Origin: Chrysomallon squamiferum
Taxonomy: Eukaryota > Animalia > Mollusca
Direction: 5' to 3'
Length of the DNA: 64,000 nucleotides
Assembly (NCBI GenBank): GCA_012295275.1
Contig: CM022670.1
Coordinates: 40,548,001-40,612,000 of the forward strand
Part shown: piece after piece, positions 41,782 to 56,300 of the stretch
Position numbering within the stretch: the first letter of the stretch is position 1
Layout: each line of letters starts with the position of its first letter
The notes under the pieces: model-generated
Told to the model about the DNA's origin: nothing
Database searches by the model: none
What the model saw: only the letters and a program-made list of their open reading frames with translations
Translations under genes and position numbers: made by a program

Positions 41782-43232
41782 TAAATAAATAAAAAAAATA
41801 ATAAAAAAAAAAAAAATAACAAATGGTCTATCCACTGGTCTGAAATGAAAATGAAACACTGAAATACTGTCATCACAAATCTTTATCTCCTTTTTCTGTG
41901 ACTTTTATGTGTTTTGTCCAAATAAACAAAAGCAAAAAGCTTTAAAAATAATAATTGCAGATACTATTTATATACAAGGAGTACATTTGTTTCTGTTTTT
42001 TATTTTATTGTATTGTATTGTATTTTATGTTATTATTATTATTAATATTAATATTATTATTGTTTTGTTTTTTTAAATGACAGTTGAAAATTTTGTTGTA
42101 GAATTATAGTCAGAAAGCTCATAAAACTACAGGTTTTAATTTCATAAATAAATTTTAAAGGTTATTTCTTATGTAAATAATTAGTTGGAATTATGGAAAA
42201 CTATATATTTTCTTCTCCTTCTTTCCTTTTTTTTTTTAAAATAAATAAATAAATAAATAAATAATAATAACAATAATAATTATTATTTAAATTTTATTTA
42301 GTTCATTGATTAACTCATCTCCCAGGTCCAAATGTCTTCACAAAAATAGTTCCTTCTAAGCAAACAGCTAATCCACTTTTTGTAGTAAACAGTTAGAAGT
42401 ATCTTAGAAAAGCAACTTTTCCTATTTTACAGAATGTATTATGCTTTTCCTTTTTTACTACAGATGAATCCCATTCAAATAATTCTTTCATATTCAGATA
42501 GCAACATGAGGATTATAATTAACAAAAAGGAGTAAACAGTTAGTGGATGTGACATGACTGACAATCATGTGGACTTTTTACATCTGCTCTTGCATAAAAG
42601 AAAAAAGAAATGAAGTGGCAACAAAATAGTGAGCAAAACCTCTTTTAACATGAGGTTGACTTAAATTGTAAGATTATCTAGGGTTCCACTGACACTATTT
42701 CATAAGAATAATGATAAATTTTCATATTCACCAATTTCGTCGAAGGGCACATATGACAACGTAGAAAGCTACAAGTTTATCAGTGAAGAAAATAAAATTT
42801 AGAAAATTTGATTTGACAAGCCATTGTGGACACAGACGTACTTTTATGACCTTTTTATGTCAAGAGAAGGATAGCAGCAGAACAACAAATCACTGTAAAA
42901 TATTCAGTAGAATCTTTGCAGACATGAAACGTTGACATTTGAGACAGATCAACAAAAACTGTTTACCAACATTGCAACTAGGCGTAGAAGAAAACTGCGA
43001 GATTACTAACGTTTCAAAACAAACTGTTAATAGTTTTTGATAAATTAGAAGTACCCAAATGCAAGGTAATATGGTAACAGGTACTATGACGTCAGGGTAG
43101 ACTATCATTCTTCCTCATGCCTAGTCGTATCTCTATTACGTCATAGAGATCACTACTACATTATGTCTACCCTAATACTAATAATAGTTCTTTAATATCA
43201 TAATAAATTAGAGATCATTTTATTCAAAATAC

Positions 43233-44179
43233 CTTTGGCCGCCTGATTATGTAAAGAATTCTCGGTTGAGGTCACATAACAACAGAAACAGTTGCCGTTT
43301 CTATCTGGAAACTTCGAATAAAAACACTGTAAAAGGTTTACAAACTAGATTAATTTACAATACACCTTCTTCCATTTTCTTTTAATGCGATTGTCTTGAA
43401 ATCAAGGCTATGGTTGGTCAGTTATCAACCAATCATTTTTGTTCAAAGAAAAACGTCCTACTGCAGGAGGAGTAATTATTGTCTTGTTTCTATTTTGAAT
43501 ATTATTTGGATTATTATAACAAAAGTTTAATTATTTACCATATACTAATTCGGCATGATCAATATTATTTAAAACTACTTTACTGTAAGCTATAGTACAA
43601 TATATGTCATGCATTACATATATTATATGTGTATATGTATATTTGATTATAAATAATTACTCATATCATGGCGGTGTTTTTTAAGTTAGGACGCGATAAA
43701 TATTTTTCTTTCACGTGAACAAACTTTATAGCTAATATGGATGCCTTAGCTGTTGTCATCTTACATAGCGACATTACCAAATATAATGAATGACATGTAA
43801 CTTCTAAAGACTAAAAGTCTCTATCTGTTGTGGTAATCTTCCTCATTTCCGTGTATTTTATTTTCAATTATTCGATTATTTCTTTATTTAATTATTATTA
43901 ATATATTCATATTCATGATATTGCAGTTATTATTTATTTCATTTATTTTATTTACCTTATATGAGAAATACAGTTTTCGTAAAGATGTCTTAAACAAAAG
44001 AGTAATTGTACTCCAAGAATTTTCGAAATTCCTGTTTTGTTGTTTATTATAATTTATATATAATATATTATTATATTGTTATGAATGATAACGGTTCATT
44101 GACTGCTAGTTCCTGACTTAAACCGAAAACGTGAAAAGAAATGTTTAAAATATAGTTGATATAATTAAGTGTTACTGTT
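43233..44179. promoter_or_regulatory. Probable bidirectional promoter and 5' UTRs of TOPORS and ERCC6L2
   Basis: The genes diverge across <1 kb. CCAAT at ~43429, YY1-like CATGGCGG at ~43667, ETS-like TTTCCG at ~43846; CpGs reappear here compared with the flanking gene bodies. Confidence 0.6.
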
Positions 44180-47100
44180 ATGAGTGATCCAGAAGACGGC
44201 AGTGAAATTTTTCCTTTATCAGATACACAGACAGCTCAAGGTATTACTACAAGTGTTTAATAAACAAACAAACAAACAAATGACTGTTTGTACATGGCAC
44301 TTCATGTCGTAAAATGGAAAAGAAATTTATTAAATTTAGTTATTATAATTAAGTATTACTGTTATGAGTAATCATGAAGACAGAACTAAAAAGTTCCTTT
44401 ATCAGATACTGCTCAGTAGTTAATAAACAAACAAACAAACAAAATCAAAAAATACAAAACAAAACAAACAAAATGAAAAATACAAAACAAAACAAACAAA
44501 AACAACAAACAAGTAAATACCAGATGGTGTAATATCTAGTTTTATGAAAATTATACAGAATGCTTATTTACATTTTACTGAACTTAATTTAGTATTATAA
44601 TCTATAGTAACATACTATGCAGTGGTAAATAATTAAATGCAGCTTGAATTTTTTTATATAGCATTTTTAAAATATCTGTCACCAAAATATACTTTCAATT
44701 TTGGAATAAAATTGTAAAATGTCTTTACATGCTGTGAGTTAAAATACTTTGAAATGGTGTATTTCAAATGTTACAGATGCTTTGTATTTTTTATTCATGG
44801 TACATTCTCTAGCCCATGACAGCATATACATTACAAGGGTTATCTGTATGATATTAGAAATCATAACCTTCAAGTTCAGATCTTATTTTCTAAGCCATTC
44901 AATTCCAACATAAAACAAAATAAGTTCTAAAAGATATCTGATGTTTATTTAATTTTTTTATAAGTATTTATAACACTTTACTTGATACTGTTTAAAAACG
45001 CTGATAAAAATTAAAATGTCTGATCTTTGTTGCAGTTTGGTGTACAGGTGATGAATGTCTTGCACCTTGGTCAGGAGATAGTTCATGTTACAAAGCTGTA
45101 ATTAAAAAGCTAAACTTACATTCTGATGGCAAGTTCTATGCCTCCGTGAAATTCTGCCAATACAGCTCTGATGACAATGAGGAAATCCCCATCACAAGTC
45201 TTCAAAAAATCCATTCACCAAAACAAAACAAAGCTTCCAAACAAAAGAAAATTAGAAGTAAGACAAAAAAACCATTTATTTCATTGTTATCCTTTGTTTT
45301 TACATGAAATGTTTGGTCTGTGTTTGTTGAGTTAATCAAAATATATATATATTTTTTTTATATAAAAAATAATAATAAAAATTAGTGTTGAATTGAGCAT
45401 AGGAATCTAGGCAAGGATGACAAAAGATAAAATTAATAATCCTGTACAGATGATTCAATAAAAACAGTTACTTGCCTTCTCTTGTGGAATTGTTACTGTA
45501 AAACTGAATGGAATTTTCATTTCATATCTGAGTTGTTGCACATACAAATGGTCTTGACAAATGGTCAACAAGTTTAAACTGAATATCCTTAGAATTTTAG
45601 TGTTTATTTAATTAAAATAAACATTTGTTTAATAATTAGCATTTCACTGTACCGCTGTGAATAATCATCAGCTTATTTGAGTGGTTTAAACAACAGTTCA
45701 CAAAGGTGTCTGATTTTAGTTGATACTAATATAATCTGTATTTGATTGTAATATCATTTGTTAAAATGTTATATATATTTCAAAATTTTCAGTTAATTAT
45801 TATTATTATTCTTATTAAGATTTTAGATTAAAATTTTCCATTTGTATCATTTTTGTATTACTTGTGGCATAGAATTATCAACAAACCAGTATATCAAGGA
45901 AAATAAAATAAAACAAAAACAACAACAAAACAGCAACAGTAGAAAAATGAACTGTTGTAAAGAGAAAAAAGGCTTTGCCAAAAATGATTTGTTGTTTAAC
46001 AGTTTTATTATTCATTTTTCTTACAGTGAATTTTTAAAATATAATTGTTTAAAAAACGTCTGTGAGACTATTAAATATACTAAAATTTAAAATAGTAATG
46101 AAAATAATAATAAATGTTTTCAGACAGTGCAAATGATGATGGTGTCAGTTCTAGCCTGTTCAAACCTCTGACAGGAAATGAAAACAAAAGGAGTCTGATG
46201 TACGTGTATTTCAGTATTTATTCACATGGGTTACACTGTTGTGGTTTCTTCCAGAAAAATAATGACAGTATGATTATAGACGTGGTTTTAGTACATTTTT
46301 GTAGCAGTATGTTTACATTTGAAAGTTTAGGAAAGTTGGTCATGATCTGAACTGTGTTAAAATGTCATTGAAGATGACAGGTTTTTTTAAATGCTTTATT
46401 TAAGTTAATTTTTTAAAAACAGCTTACTTTACTCTTGCATTTAGATGAAATGATTTTTAGCATCTTCTCACAACACTTGAGTTTAAAGTGTTTAATTCAG
46501 ACCACAGTGCTTTTTGTCCTATTTTCAGTGAAGGATTCGATGATGCAGACCCTTGTGAGGAACATTTAGAAAAATTGTTACAGAGAAATGCAAAGTCTAC
46601 AGGCAAAGGGAAAATCTCACTGTGGAAGATAAACACAAAACATGACAAGAAAACATCAACAAAGAAGAACAGAAAATCTGTGACTGGAAGAACAGCTACA
46701 AAACAAGACATAAAGGAGTCTACTCATGGATCTATGTTAGTTGTTTATTAGTACTGAATTATGCTTTTAAAAGGAACAAGAATTGTCATCCATACTCTTT
46801 CTGCCATCTTGTCATAGATAAAAAAACCATTTAAGCAGATTAAATGTGGACTCAGTCTTATTTGAAATTGGAGTGTCATTATTTTTCTTCCTAGCAGTAG
46901 TCCCTAGATTAAAATTCTAACATGATGTAATTTTACACGTTACAATTTCAATCTAGGACTTTGGCTGTCTGGAAAATTACTCAGTTCATTTTTAAAATGA
47001 TAAAATTTCATAAATACACTTATTTATTTACAGCGACGCTTCCAGTAGTTTTAGATTGTTAGTGAATTGGGAATTTATTTTTGTCAAGTGTAATTTCTGA

Positions 47101-48970
47101 GATACGACTAAAAATGATCCATTTCATCCGTAGTTTTAAAAGACACATATTGAAAATGATCAAGCTGAGAAATGGTGGGCTATTGACTCTGAGCATAAGG
47201 ATGTAGTAATGTTATTTCCAGTTCAGTCTGGTTATTAAAGTAAAGAGCCATCCTATCTGTGCACATTACTGGAAAACTTTAGAGGCTTTTCTCTGAAAAA
47301 TGTGTTTTGACAGAGCATAATTAGATTAATTAGATTTTTTTAATTTTAGGTTTTTATATTCCAGTGTTCATGAGTGTCAAGAACCTTGTACAAGTACTGG
47401 GATTACAACCACATCAAGAGTTATCTCTGAAAACCATGCTGAAAATAAACCATCGGAAGATACTGAAAAAAAGGATGTCATTTCTAATGATGATCCATCT
47501 CAGGCTTGGGATGCCATTTTTTCTTCTTCCTCCAACATTTCTCCTAGACATAATCCAAACAAAGAGGAGACAAAAAGTGCTAAGGAAGGTAAATTAAAAT
47601 GTTTAAATAACCAAATGATGTCACTGTTAATAAATTTCACCTTATTTTTCTAATTTAATTTGAATTTTTTTATTACAATTATCAATGATTTCGTTGTTTT
47701 TAAATTCAACAACGTTCATATTCTGATGTATCGTATAAGAGAGAGACAAAACTACAGAATTCACATTTTTTGTTATGTTTGCAAGTTTCTGATTGCAATG
47801 ATAATTTGCATTTTTCTTCTACAATGATGGTATTTTTTAACATTTTCTGTTTTACTGTGGACTGCATACATTTTTTAAAATTATTATCCATAGCTGTGGA
47901 GAATATTAAAAAGAAAAAAAAAAAAAAAAAATGTTCAATATGTTTTAAACAAGTTGAGTTCAAAACATTAACAGTAAAATGGCAATTGACACTCATTTTT
48001 TACCTCTTTTTTTCAGAATTGCAAGAGATGAATGTCTTATTATTTGTAAAGACTGTTACTAAGTGTTGAAAATTTCAGGTTTCTCTGACAGTGATATGGA
48101 AAAGCCACACTTCTCTTTCCCAGCTTCAACCGCTAAAGTGACCTTCCAACTTTCTGAAGCAGGTGAAACCCCCACAGTGGAGGTAGATATACAGATACTG
48201 TCACAGTTTTGTAAATCAGTTCATTTGCATGATGTTCATCATTATCATTTTTATTATCATTTTTATTATAATGTTACATTTATTATTATTATTTAACTCT
48301 TTGTTGTTCTTATGTTTATTAATCATAATAAAAATATTCTGATCGTTCAGTAACGCTGTCTAAATTTCCTTTCTGTTCGTTTATATTTGTTAGATTTTTT
48401 AATTTCAATTATTGTTATTTAGTTATATGTTTTTAAGTATAATGTTCTTTGAATACAAATTCTATAATCTAATAATTTCTCTTTTATTTTAAGACATCTT
48501 CTTGTAACAGTTAGTTAAATTATATATATATATTATATATTTCTTTTATATATTTTTTCAGAATAGAATTTGGGGGCTGGGTGTTGGTTATGTAAGGTTC
48601 CAAGAACTTCAGGATACTAACAGTGTATTAAAATCTTAACATTATTTCCATTTTCAGGTCCCAGCAACAATCAACCAGTATCTGCGAGATTATCAAAGAG
48701 AAGGGATTGCATTTTTGTATTCTCACTACAAACATGAACAGGGTGCTATTCTAGGAGATGATATGGGTCTTGGAAAAACTGTTGAGGTGTTTGTTGTGTT
48801 TCTTTTCTTCTGTAATGTTTTGCATTTTTTTTTTTCTACTCATGCATTGAAATATTTTTGTTGAACTGAACAATATTTCTAAGCTTTGTCACTCCCATTA
48901 AATGTCCTAAATTAAGATCAGTATTTTGTGGCAGGTATGTTGTTTTTATTTTCTAGTCATTAACTTATTT

Positions 48971-49021
<51 letters not shown>

Positions 49022-52000
49022 CTGTGTGTGCATTTGTATGAAATACCAATTCTGAATTTTCATATTTGTTTTGGTTTTGTAAATAAAACAAGTTAAAACC
49101 ATTTCTTTTCATTATTCTGTTGTAATCTATGAAAAATAGGCCTTCTAAATTCTGTTGTAATCTATGAAAACTTTCTATAAAATCATTTTAAAAATTAAAG
49201 AGAAAGCTATAATTACAATTATTCTGACTGTGTTATTGCTATATTTGCTTGTTCAAATTTATAATGATTTTTCTGCAACTCAAATGAATAATTTAGACAA
49301 GAGAATGAACCTATTTTGGCATGAAAAATGATGAAAAATTGGAAAATGTTACAAAATAATAAAAATAAAAAATGAAAATAAATGTCTTTCTTGTTTGCAA
49401 TAGCTGTTGGTTTTGACTTCACCTATCTTAACATAATTTGATAACAGATGTTTTCTACGCAAATCACAGAACTAAAATATTACAAGTTTAATTTTTGTTA
49501 TTTTTTTTAATAAAAGGTAATTGGACTTTTGGCTGCTTTACTTCACAAAAAAGGAAACAGAATTGATGTAATGAAACAGAAACCAAAATTTATCAGAATG
49601 GTGAGATTTATTTTTATTATTTTAACACTGATTGATCTGAGGTATCATTATTATTAAATAATAACAAAACTATTATAATAACATTGAAATTGACTTTGTT
49701 TTCCTTGAAGTATTAAAATCACGGCATTAATGCCACTCAAATATCTCATTTTGGTAATTACTGTTTCAGCCATTACAAAATATTATGTTTATGAAAGCCA
49801 CATTATAATATTTTCCTTTTGTTGGGAGTATTCATGTAATCATCCCTGTGTTGCTAACTGACAGGACATAGCTTACAAAAAATTGACAGCAGAAGTCTTT
49901 TTAATCTCTGTTCATATTTGTGAAATTTGACCTTTGACCTGTTTTGATTTGTAGCTTTCTCAGAATTCTGACTGGCACGAAGATGAGGAGGAACAGAAAG
50001 TGTTTCTGATTATTGGTCCTGGGAGTGTCCTGTACAACTGGCTTGAAGAACTTGATACATGGGGGTACTTCAGAGCAAGGTAGTACTAGTAAATACTTGT
50101 TACCTCGCATTTTGCAGTTAGTAAACAGTCTGACAGTTAGTGGTAGGTGAGGCCATTTTCAAAACAAAACAAAGTTGTTTATTGTGTAATTTTCAAATAC
50201 ATTGGTCTAGAACCATAAAGAGCAGACCCCATTATACAAATGCCAGTATAATCTGTATTTTAATTATTTTAGTAATAATTTCTAATTTATTGTGTATGTG
50301 TTTATGTACATAAATTGGACTTTATATAATATAAATTGTTACATAAATCAGTTGTTCTACATTTGCGTCCAGAATTGCATTTATTTTACACAAATAATAA
50401 AGACACATAAGCATGCATTACCCTCTCACACACAAATATTTACTGTTATTAAAAATAAATAAAATAATAATATAATATTTCAAAAGGTCAGTTTGATTTT
50501 TCCAGTCCCTGCAATTTATTTCAGGAAGTACCACGGTAAAGATAAGGAATCTTGCTTAGCAGACATCAAGAAAAACAAAGTTGAAATTGTGGTCACAACT
50601 TTTGAAACATTCAGAGATAATGTGGTTTGTGAAATAATTATTTACTTTTTTAAGTTTTAAAAGAAGACAATTTGTGAAAAAAAAAATCTAATTTATTTTT
50701 GTCAGTGTAAAAAAACAAAGATTTTGAAACTGTTTTATATATTTTCATTTGTACTTGACAGATATTTGAGTTGGGTTCAGTTACCTCTTTCTCTGTATTT
50801 TCTTTGTATCTTAATGACTGAAGATGAGTAAGATATGAAACTGAGAATATTAACATTTGCAAATGTAGTTTTATTTCTTTTTATACTTGCAAATTATTGT
50901 TTTATTTGCTTCCTACGTCAGTCCTTGCAATACATTATGTAGTAAATTTAAAAGAATGTATAAATATATAGTACTTTAAACCATCTTCCATGAACTAGTA
51001 TCCAGACTGAGAATAACTGGTCTAATGTCTGTGAATATTTGATTTTCTATCATCTTCAGTAATTGTTAGAACTACTTGTCTTAACTGAAATGTATTAATT
51101 CCATTGTTTAATATTTATTCAATTAATTTTCTATATTTATTATGAATATTAGAGAGAACTGAATTCCATTGACTGGGATGCTGTAATTGTGGATGAAGTA
51201 CACAGAATAAAGGTTAGTACATTCTCAGTCATTGAATTTATAATATTAACTTAACAAGTATAATTTAGGTATCGGTGATCTAGAATAATTTTCAAACTTT
51301 ATGTGAATCATTAATCAAAAACAAGTTCTTTTACTGTTCCTACTGATTATTTCATTACCTCTGTTGTTTTGCTTGTTCTATAGTTGCTGAAATTTTGATG
51401 GTTTTTACTTTCCTCCTTGCGCTTACTTTTTATATAACAAAATAATGTTAAGATGTTCAAAATATAAAAATAAACAATAGCAGCAGCTATATATATATAT
51501 ATATGAATATGTAGCAGCATTCTAACCATACAGTAAATATTTATAATGTCAGAAAGAGGTGAAAGTATTTTATGCATTAGTTAATTCTGTAAATTTTTGT
51601 TTGTTCACTCAGGGTTTGAAAGCACAAACAACACAGGCTCTGCGAACCTTGGTTACCAAAAAGAGATTTGGTTTGACAGGAACCATTCTTCAGAATAACA
51701 TGACAGAACTGTGGTCAATACTTGACTGGTATTTATCATAAGTCAGTTGTTTTTAAACACAGCACTGTAAAAATAAATTGATGATCTCAAATATAATTAA
51801 CTACATTAAATTATTTTGTGTTTATGGGTTGTTGTTGTTGTTTTTTTCACATATAATCACTTAACCATGATGAGAAAATTAAGTCAGTGAATATGGTCAT
51901 TATTCCTATTTTCAGTGATTATATTAAATCTGTGATGTTACAACAAACTGACTATAATTTCAGGGCTCGGCCTGGTGTGTTGGGCACCTTTGATTCGTTT

Positions 52001-53257
52001 GTTACTGAGTTTGCACATCCGATTGAAAAGGGTCAAAAGCATGATGCGACAAAGCGAGAACTGGCAGAGGCTAGAAGAAGTAAGCAGATTACACCAGTAT
52101 CTGTATCTGTCTTCTGTATCTTCTGTATCTATCTGTGATGTGTGTGTGTGACTGTGTAGATATATCTGTATCAGTATAACAGTGTCTGTCTGTCTGTATG
52201 TGTGTATATGTGTATGGTGTATGCTTGTATGGATGTATGTATGTAGATAGATAGATAGATATACATATAGATACATACATTCAGACAGACAGACATAGAT
52301 GTATACATTGTTTGTTTGGGAAGTTTCTGCGGTTGATATAAATTTAGGAATATAGTTTAACATGAAAAATATTCTCTGTTCCTGTAATCTGAGTCTTATA
52401 AATCATAATTTTTCATTTATTTTATTTCATAGATTTCAGTTAATTTGTAATGTAATGTAATTTGCAGTAGTTAGCACTGTCACAAAGTGAACTTTGTATT
52501 TATAAAATCAGATGGTCTTTTTTTAAAGTTGCAAACATGTTAATTGTAAATGCCCATCAAAGGTAGGAATGCTGTTTTTCTATTTAGTTATTTTGTCAAT
52601 GTCGATTTATTAGCTGCATGTGCAAATTTGTCATTTTCATATTTTAGATTTACTGATAGAAACTGTTAAAATGACCACAAAATTTTCTTTACATTGTTTC
52701 TTCTTGATTTCCTTTAAAACAAGGTAGGTTTTTTTTCCTCTTTAATTTATTTGTTATGTTTTTAGAAAAAGAGAAGTTTGCTTCTTTACGATCTAAACTG
52801 ATGTTGCGAAGAACCAAGAAAATTATTTCTGATCAACTCCCAGAGAAAGGTAATTGTTCAGAGAAACCCATACAGACAAACACATTTATCCTCTAATTTT
52901 TTCATAAATTTTGTATGGTATAATTATTAGGATTTCACCTTAGGTAACAAATTTATAGAGAATACTGATGTGTCAATAGTTTGATCAGAAAAATGACTTC
53001 ACCATATTTCTTTGGAGATATCACTTTACAGAAGTGTTCCTGCCACACACATATCTATGTAATAAGAAATAAATTATATTAAAATATATATCATTTATCA
53101 TTCAGTAATGGGCTAGCAAATACTAACCATTATACATGGGCATAATGATGTGATTTTCATTCTGTTTTGTAATTTCATTGCAGTTAATATAATAAATGTT
53201 GTTTGTTTTCTTCAAACTGTGTGAAAAGAAAATGTTAGAAGCAAATTATTAATGTGA

Positions 53258-53307
<50 letters not shown>

Positions 53308-56300
53308 AATGTGGTTGATGTGTCTTGTTTACTTTTAAAATAAAGAAGCTGTAACGTTGCTCATTTTAATTGGTCATTTTAATATTGCTCATCTGAAATG
53401 ATCCAGTTTGATAAATCAAGTAAACCAAGTTATCATCACTCTGCATTGACCTTTCAATGAGTCAAGAGTAATCGAATTATGAATTTGTGTTCATATTATG
53501 CATAATATAATCATACTGTTGTATGTCAGAAATGTTATTTTATTTGCAGAGGACAACATAGTGTTCTGCAAACTGTCTGCCCTGCAGGTCAGTGTATACA
53601 AAGCAATCCTGGCACATCCAGACATGAAAACTGTACTTCAGATGAACGAACCTTGTAAGTGCGAGAGTGGAAAAGCAAGGAACCAGTGCTGTTACAAGGT
53701 GAGTGACAGGAGTATGATAGCCTACATAGTTTGTATTTTTAAAAAAAGAGAGTAAAGTAAAAGAAAGTGAGGAGTGGAGGGAGTTGTTGTGTATATGACA
53801 AAGTCAGATATTCATATTGTACTTTGGATAAATATTTGAGTGATTCTGTAATGTGGATATCAAAAGTATGAGGTTAGGGATTTGAGTAAGAGGAAATTAT
53901 GAAACATTTAGAAGAAACAATAATAACCATTATTTCAAACTTGGCTTCTGATTTATGTCACTGTTAGTTATCATTATCAAGAAAGACTGCACCATCACAA
54001 TAACAGTACTAACAATATTAAGTTATAATATTAAAAAATGTCAGAAGTTTTTCATTTTTTTTTTTCATTTGGTTACTGATATGATAATTAATTTAATTTA
54101 GAAAAATTAATAATATTTGAAATGATTGATAATATAAAAAAGGTTATTCTAGAGATTCAACCAAAACATTTGTGTGTTTACTTCAGAAAGGACGTGATGG
54201 CACCATGCCAGCAGCACTGAGTTTGTCTTTCATGCATCTGCTCTTGAAAGTAGCCAACCATGTCGCTCTGTTGATTCCCACCTCCAAAATGGCTGAGAAC
54301 CAAGTGCTGCGATCAAGCGAAATATGCGAAATTGCTTTCAAAGACCATCCACAGTTCGTAAACCTGACCCGAGAAGCGTCATTCAGGACTTTGTCAGATC
54401 CTAAATATTGTGGGAAAATGAAAGTTAGTGGGTTTTTCTTTGTCAAATCTTTTGATTAGAATCAGTAATTTTGATCAGAAAAACACTAAGTTGCTTTATA
54501 ATCCCATTCGCTTCTTGGAAGAAAACACAGATATTCACTTAACCAAGTTGATTGAGTTCTGTACTGAATTGATTTGTTGCCGTTTGAATTTAAAACAGTG
54601 CACATGTTCTTTGAGCTTAAGTCTCACTGTAAGTGGAATATTCACTTTTTCTTATGAGAAGTGTCTGTTAATTTTGTACAGTAACATTGTCATTCATTGA
54701 AATTTGCATGATGTTAATAAATTTTCAAAAATGATACAACTTTTCATATTTGTGAATCGTTATGGATAGGGTATTGGGTAGCTTTTTATTTCTGCAATTG
54801 CTGGTTAGTTTCATTTATCTTTTTGTGTGTTGACACATCCCCAACTTCAATTTTAACAACAATTATGGAACTAAGCCATATAATGCGATGTAATTGGATC
54901 TTCACCTATATTTTTCTATATTTTATTTATCAAAATATTTGGATTTAAAAAAAAAAAAAAAAATGTTTTAGTCAAAATGTTATTATCTGCCATAATTTTA
55001 AAATATCCTTATCTTCGTTTTTTTCAGGTTCTACAAGGTCTGTTGTCTGTGTTTCAGAAATCACACAGCAAAGTTCTTATCTTTTCTTATTCCACTAGGG
55101 TAGGTGTTTGTCAAAGTTAGATAATCGCAATATATACTAATCTGAAAATTAAAAAAATTAAAAATAAAAAAATAATAATATCATTTTGTTAATGTTATCT
55201 TTTAAAATAAGAATTAAATCACACTGTGTACATTCATATATTTATTAGGCTTTGTAATTAGTATATGTTGTTTTTAACTATAGATTAATATAGAATATTT
55301 GTCATGTTTTTGCCTGTTTGGTTTACTTCAGTTGCTGGACATACTGGAACAGTACATTATAGGTTCAGGTCATGAATACCGACGTATTGATGGTTCTGTT
55401 AACAATCGAAGGCGTCTTGACATTGTCCGCGAGTTCAACAAAGATCCTAACATCTTCATCTGCCTCATATCTACAAAGTAATACCTTCTTTTTTCACTTT
55501 ATTCATTGAAAGATAACATGGTCAAAAGGCTGATGTATTTTTGTGCTAAAGTGTCATTAACATTCATTCATTCATTCATACATTAAGATTTACTTTTTAG
55601 TCTTAAGCTTTTTGTAATGTTCAGTTATAGTTTCTTAACGTACAAACAAATAAAGACATATTTATTGTAAGTGAATGATCGAACACTTGATTGGTGATAA
55701 AAACATTTTTTGGAAATAGTTTAATGAATTGATTATTGCTGTGTTCTTAATTTTTTCGTTCTTCCTGTCAGTCGTTTTCACTGTAACCATCTAAATATCA
55801 GTCTTTTATTTATCTCATTATCTTTCTGTGTTTCTGTCTGTATATTTTATTACTTTATTAATGATACTTTATTTTGTTTTATTATACTTTTTTATTTCTT
55901 TATTTTATTTTTTTCCATTTTTCACAGAGCTGGAGGTTTAGGACTTAATCTCACAGGAGCAAACAAAGTTGTAATATTTGACCCGAACTGGAATCCAAGC
56001 CATGATCTGCAGGCTCAAGATCGGTCAGTTATATTTGTGTGTATAATGTGCATCTGGTATGTGTAAATTAGCCATATAAAGACATTTTGGTTGATAGGAT
56101 TGTACACAGAGCTGTTGACATCATTCTTGGGTTACACAGTCAATCCTTCTTGAAGACATATTTTTTAATTGTTTTACCTTTATGCCAAGATATTGTAAGC
56201 TGCTTTTTCTTCTGTGTTTCTGTTGCACATTTTCCTTGTTTTCTAGCTCTGTTTATATGATTTTGTGAGCTACATTGTTATTGGTTTGTAAAATTGTTGT

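Noticed and set aside
48018-48069. Possible additional ERCC6L2 exon after TTTTTTTCAG at 48017
   Set aside because: The in-phase reading hits TGA at 48067, and the only donor-like site gives the wrong phase; the acceptor at 48078 fits the conserved protein.
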